Shown here piece by piece: positions 60,964 through 64,000 of a DNA stretch of 64,000 nt; the first letter of the stretch is position 1, and each line of letters begins with the position of its first letter. A model generated the notes under the pieces. That model ran no database searches. It worked only from the letters and a program-made list of their open reading frames with translations, and was not told the DNA's origin. Both the position numbers and the translations under genes were made by a program. Source of the DNA: Takakia lepidozioides (lineage: Eukaryota; Plantae; Bryophyta); contig CM060734.1 of assembly GCA_030704615.1 (NCBI GenBank), forward strand, positions 51,026,001 through 51,090,000. The letters run 5' to 3'.

Positions 60964-63900
60964 CTACCCATGTGTTGTATCCCGCTGCAAAAGAGTATCG
61001 ACCTCGTTGAAACTCATAGTGGCCTGGTGAATGAAGTTGTCACGTTTGGGATCGCAAACCATCCTCCTCAAAAATATGAAATACAAATGTTTGCAGGGTA
61101 TGAATTTACCTCTCTTGCCCAAAACTGGTTGATAGCATATTCACAAAATCAGGACATGTGCAAGGGGAAATTGGAAACCGTGATGTCGTAGGTCCTGTCA
61201 TGAACAGCAGATGTGGAAGTGATGATTGTGAATACCCGACCATATCCTGGATCGGGTACTTCCGTGGTGCTTCCAACACGAGCTTGGAGCATTCTTGCGG
61301 ACTCCACTTTGCCAAAGTGTTCAGCGGTCGGAGGGAAACGCCGAACGAGCTTTCCATCTCGTTTGGTTGGCCACAAGTCAGGATTTGCTGGGGGGACCCG
61401 GGAGGACGCAGAAGAAGTAGTAGCACATGCATGGAGTTGGGGTTGTCTCGCAAGGGAAAAAACCTCCTCCAGCATTTCAATCTCCTGAAAGTTGAGATGT
61501 GTTCCCACCTTCACGGGCCAAACGGTTGGAGGAGATGGCTTCATCACCACGGAAGGACGCACAGTTCCATGCACACATCTGACACAATCATCTGCGCAGA
61601 ACCAGAACTTGTGGTTCTTGGCTTCTGGTTGACCGTATGGACGCATCAAGCCCGTGAAAGTCGGAGCAGGAGTTCGGGCACCACCTCTGGATATAGATGA
61701 AGTGCACTTCTCAAAATTAGTTGCCCTGATCGCTGTACATTTCACACGAGACCCGACACTTGTGCGTTCTACGTGCCAAACGTGGTCGGGGCATGCGGAC
61801 TCAAGCACATCAAGGGGGTTGTTTCTCTCCTGCACCATTTCAGTGGCACGGTTTGATGATGCTGGAGCTTGCCGTCGTGTTGGAGGTTCCTCCACAATGG
61901 AGGTTCCGGACATGGAGCTGTCATGCAGGGGAACACGAGGCTTCGAGAAGTTATCACGGTCTGCCCTGTGAATCGGAATCCGAACCAGGTGGAGTGTTCA
62001 ATTTCCTCTTACAGGAGCCGAATCTCTCCTCCCCTTCAAGATGTGGAACTCTAGAAACAAGTGGTGTTCCTTGGGCATATTTGCTCACCGCCCGTGCTAT
62101 CTTGATTGGATCCCCAGATCTGTTTGCAGCACGCAACATCAACTCCCATTTGTCCGGACCCTTGCCACCAACCCCACTCTCGTAAGAAATCACGGTATCG
62201 GGTTTGTTGTTGCAAGGCACGTATCAAATCATCTGTTGTTGCCACATACAAATCCCGACCTCGTTTCCCAGACTACTGCAACCATGCATTGTGCACAGTT
62301 TCTGCCAAATTGCAAGATGGCATGTCCGCCATTTCCTCAATGGACATGTTTTGCAAAGAGGATAACCACACTTCAGAACAGTGCACAGGAAACAACATAA
62401 AGAAAGCAATGAGTCAAAAATATGGAAAGCAAATGTATGAATAAAGCATGAAATAGAAGCCTCGTACCATTGTCATGGCTGCTCCCCACTGTCTATACCG
62501 GAAGTGCCAAAACGCCAGCCAATCTTCCAATGCTCTCATACTCTCAAGTGATGCAGCTCCAGAAGAGAACCACCAGGCACGAATTGTCTGGAACAAAGTG
62601 TCCGCCTCCTTCATTGTTCTAGCATCTTTGTACTCTTTGCACAATTTACGGTGCTGAGTCTGCATCTCTGGTTTGATGTCCGACTTTGTATGTTTTTCCA
62701 GAGATTGTGTCCAATGGAATAGACATGTACGCTCTCTTCCTGGCATAGGCACTTTGGGTCGCCCGATCCGAAGACAATACGAACAGCATTGAAATTGCTT
62801 GAGCACTATCCCTGGCAGCCCATGGCAGCCCATGACACGTATCAGGAATTCCACATGAGCTCTGGGATTCCGTATCCTCGGATTGCATGTCACAAACTGC
62901 AATTGTCATAACTCGTTGGTACACTGGATCGTAGACATGACAAGCCATTGTCGTCCAATCCTTGTTTCACATGATCAAACATAAGAAAACAGTTCTGCAA
63001 GTCTCCAGTCTTCTGCATCCGCTTCACGAGGCTAACCCCACTGCCCTCAACAGTCGAATTTTGAAAAGAAAAACTTTGATGGCACCTTGACCTGGGAATA
63101 CATTGTCCTGGATGTAATTGCTCACTCGTTTCAATTCCAAAAATATTGATCCCAGAGCCCATTCTCTCTGATGCCGAATGTTAGGTGAACTTAAAGTGGA
63201 GAAAATGATCCATCCAATGCTGCACCGTCAAGTTTAGTCCCCACAGAATCTCCTTCACTCAAAATATGGCTTTCCAAGAAGGACTTGCTTGCCAAGAGCA
63301 ATTGCAGATGTTGTTGCGGATGGGTTTCTCCCGAACTCTGTTTGATCAACCTCGATACTGTCTCAACACTCTCCCTGTAATCCCCCTTCGAGACAGGATG
63401 GTTATGGAATCCAAAATGCACACAAGCTCTCGTCATTGTATTCAAACGGTGGACAACATAGTACATTCTTGCTCCGCAGAGCGCCAACAGGATGGCACAA
63501 GTTTGCAGAATTTGCAGACGAAAGTGTTTGCCGGTGGAGGGGCAGTCCCAGGCTGAAATGGATTTTCCGCCAGACCCTCCCATTCGCTTTGATTATGAAC
63601 CCCAGACTGAAGAAAGTGTCTGCAATTCAAATTATCACACCTAAGGTGTCCATTGCAAACTGTCCTCCTGAAAACAAGCTTGTCATCATTCTGAATATTG
63701 GATGTTTTTGTTCTGCACCACGGGTGCCCGTCGTGTTTCTTGTCCATTCCATGCATCATGATTGTTACACCTCCAACTCGCGGAGGAGGAGGGCAGCTCG
63801 AATAGGATATCGCCATCAAAAGTCTCCGGCAAGAACTTCACAGGCACCTGCTTCAAAGATTCCCAATCAATTCCCCGCAACTCACTTTTGAATCCAGCCA

Positions 63901-64000
63901 TTCCTCCCATCGCCGCAATTTTGGAATGACACTACAAATCTCTTCTTCATCAGCTTCTGCAACCACAGTAGGAAGGACTGGATTTGGAATTTCACTTATG
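60964..64000 (-). pseudogene. MULE-type transposase with N-terminal GCM-like Cys domain and C-terminal SWIM zinc finger (frameshifted)
   Basis: DGHPW...CNGHLRCDNLNC...CKFC...HFGFHNHP. DDE-type core LMFDHVK / DSAQA / TCLFHW / CNLAETVH. SWIM finger CTCPDF...PCKHLY. Confidence 0.85.

Larger units (their letters stand above)
56824..64000 (-). mobile_element. Mutator-like (MULE) DNA transposon with accessory methyltransferase-like gene; runs off window
   Basis: Co-oriented transposase and accessory gene, with GC-rich motif clusters at 56860-56915 and 60355-60490. The left boundary is uncertain. Confidence 0.7.

Overview
Eukaryotic land-plant nuclear DNA with GT-AG introns. It is most likely a moss or other bryophyte rich in RNA-editing PPR genes, inferred from PPR motif style and TE families. 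The gene-dense flanks hold a trihelix TF, Yos1, an intact PLS-DYW PPR, a spliced plastid-type fusion of a SAM-methyltransferase-like domain to riboflavin kinase, an intron-containing NCED/CCD4-clade dioxygenase, a PPR pseudogene, MED4, alpha-1,4-fucosyltransferase, a PLS-E PPR and an intron-containing tRNA-Met(CAT). A nested TE island spans ~14.5-36 kb. In it a hAT transposase was split by a Sola-like element (4-bp TSD AAAG, 26-bp TIRs), and an ~11.5 kb inversion then cut both that element and a Copia element. From ~56.3 kb to the end lies a Mutator-like (GCM/SWIM) element. Best candidates for new biology: (i) DNA transposons carrying prokaryote/phage-type cargo, namely a beta-class N6A/N4C DNA-methyltransferase-like gene in the MULE and a ParB-like gene with >=12 dispersed 24-bp palindromes in the Sola-like element; (ii) the putative plastid MTase-like/riboflavin-kinase fusion. 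All family calls come from motif recognition by eye; no searches were run.
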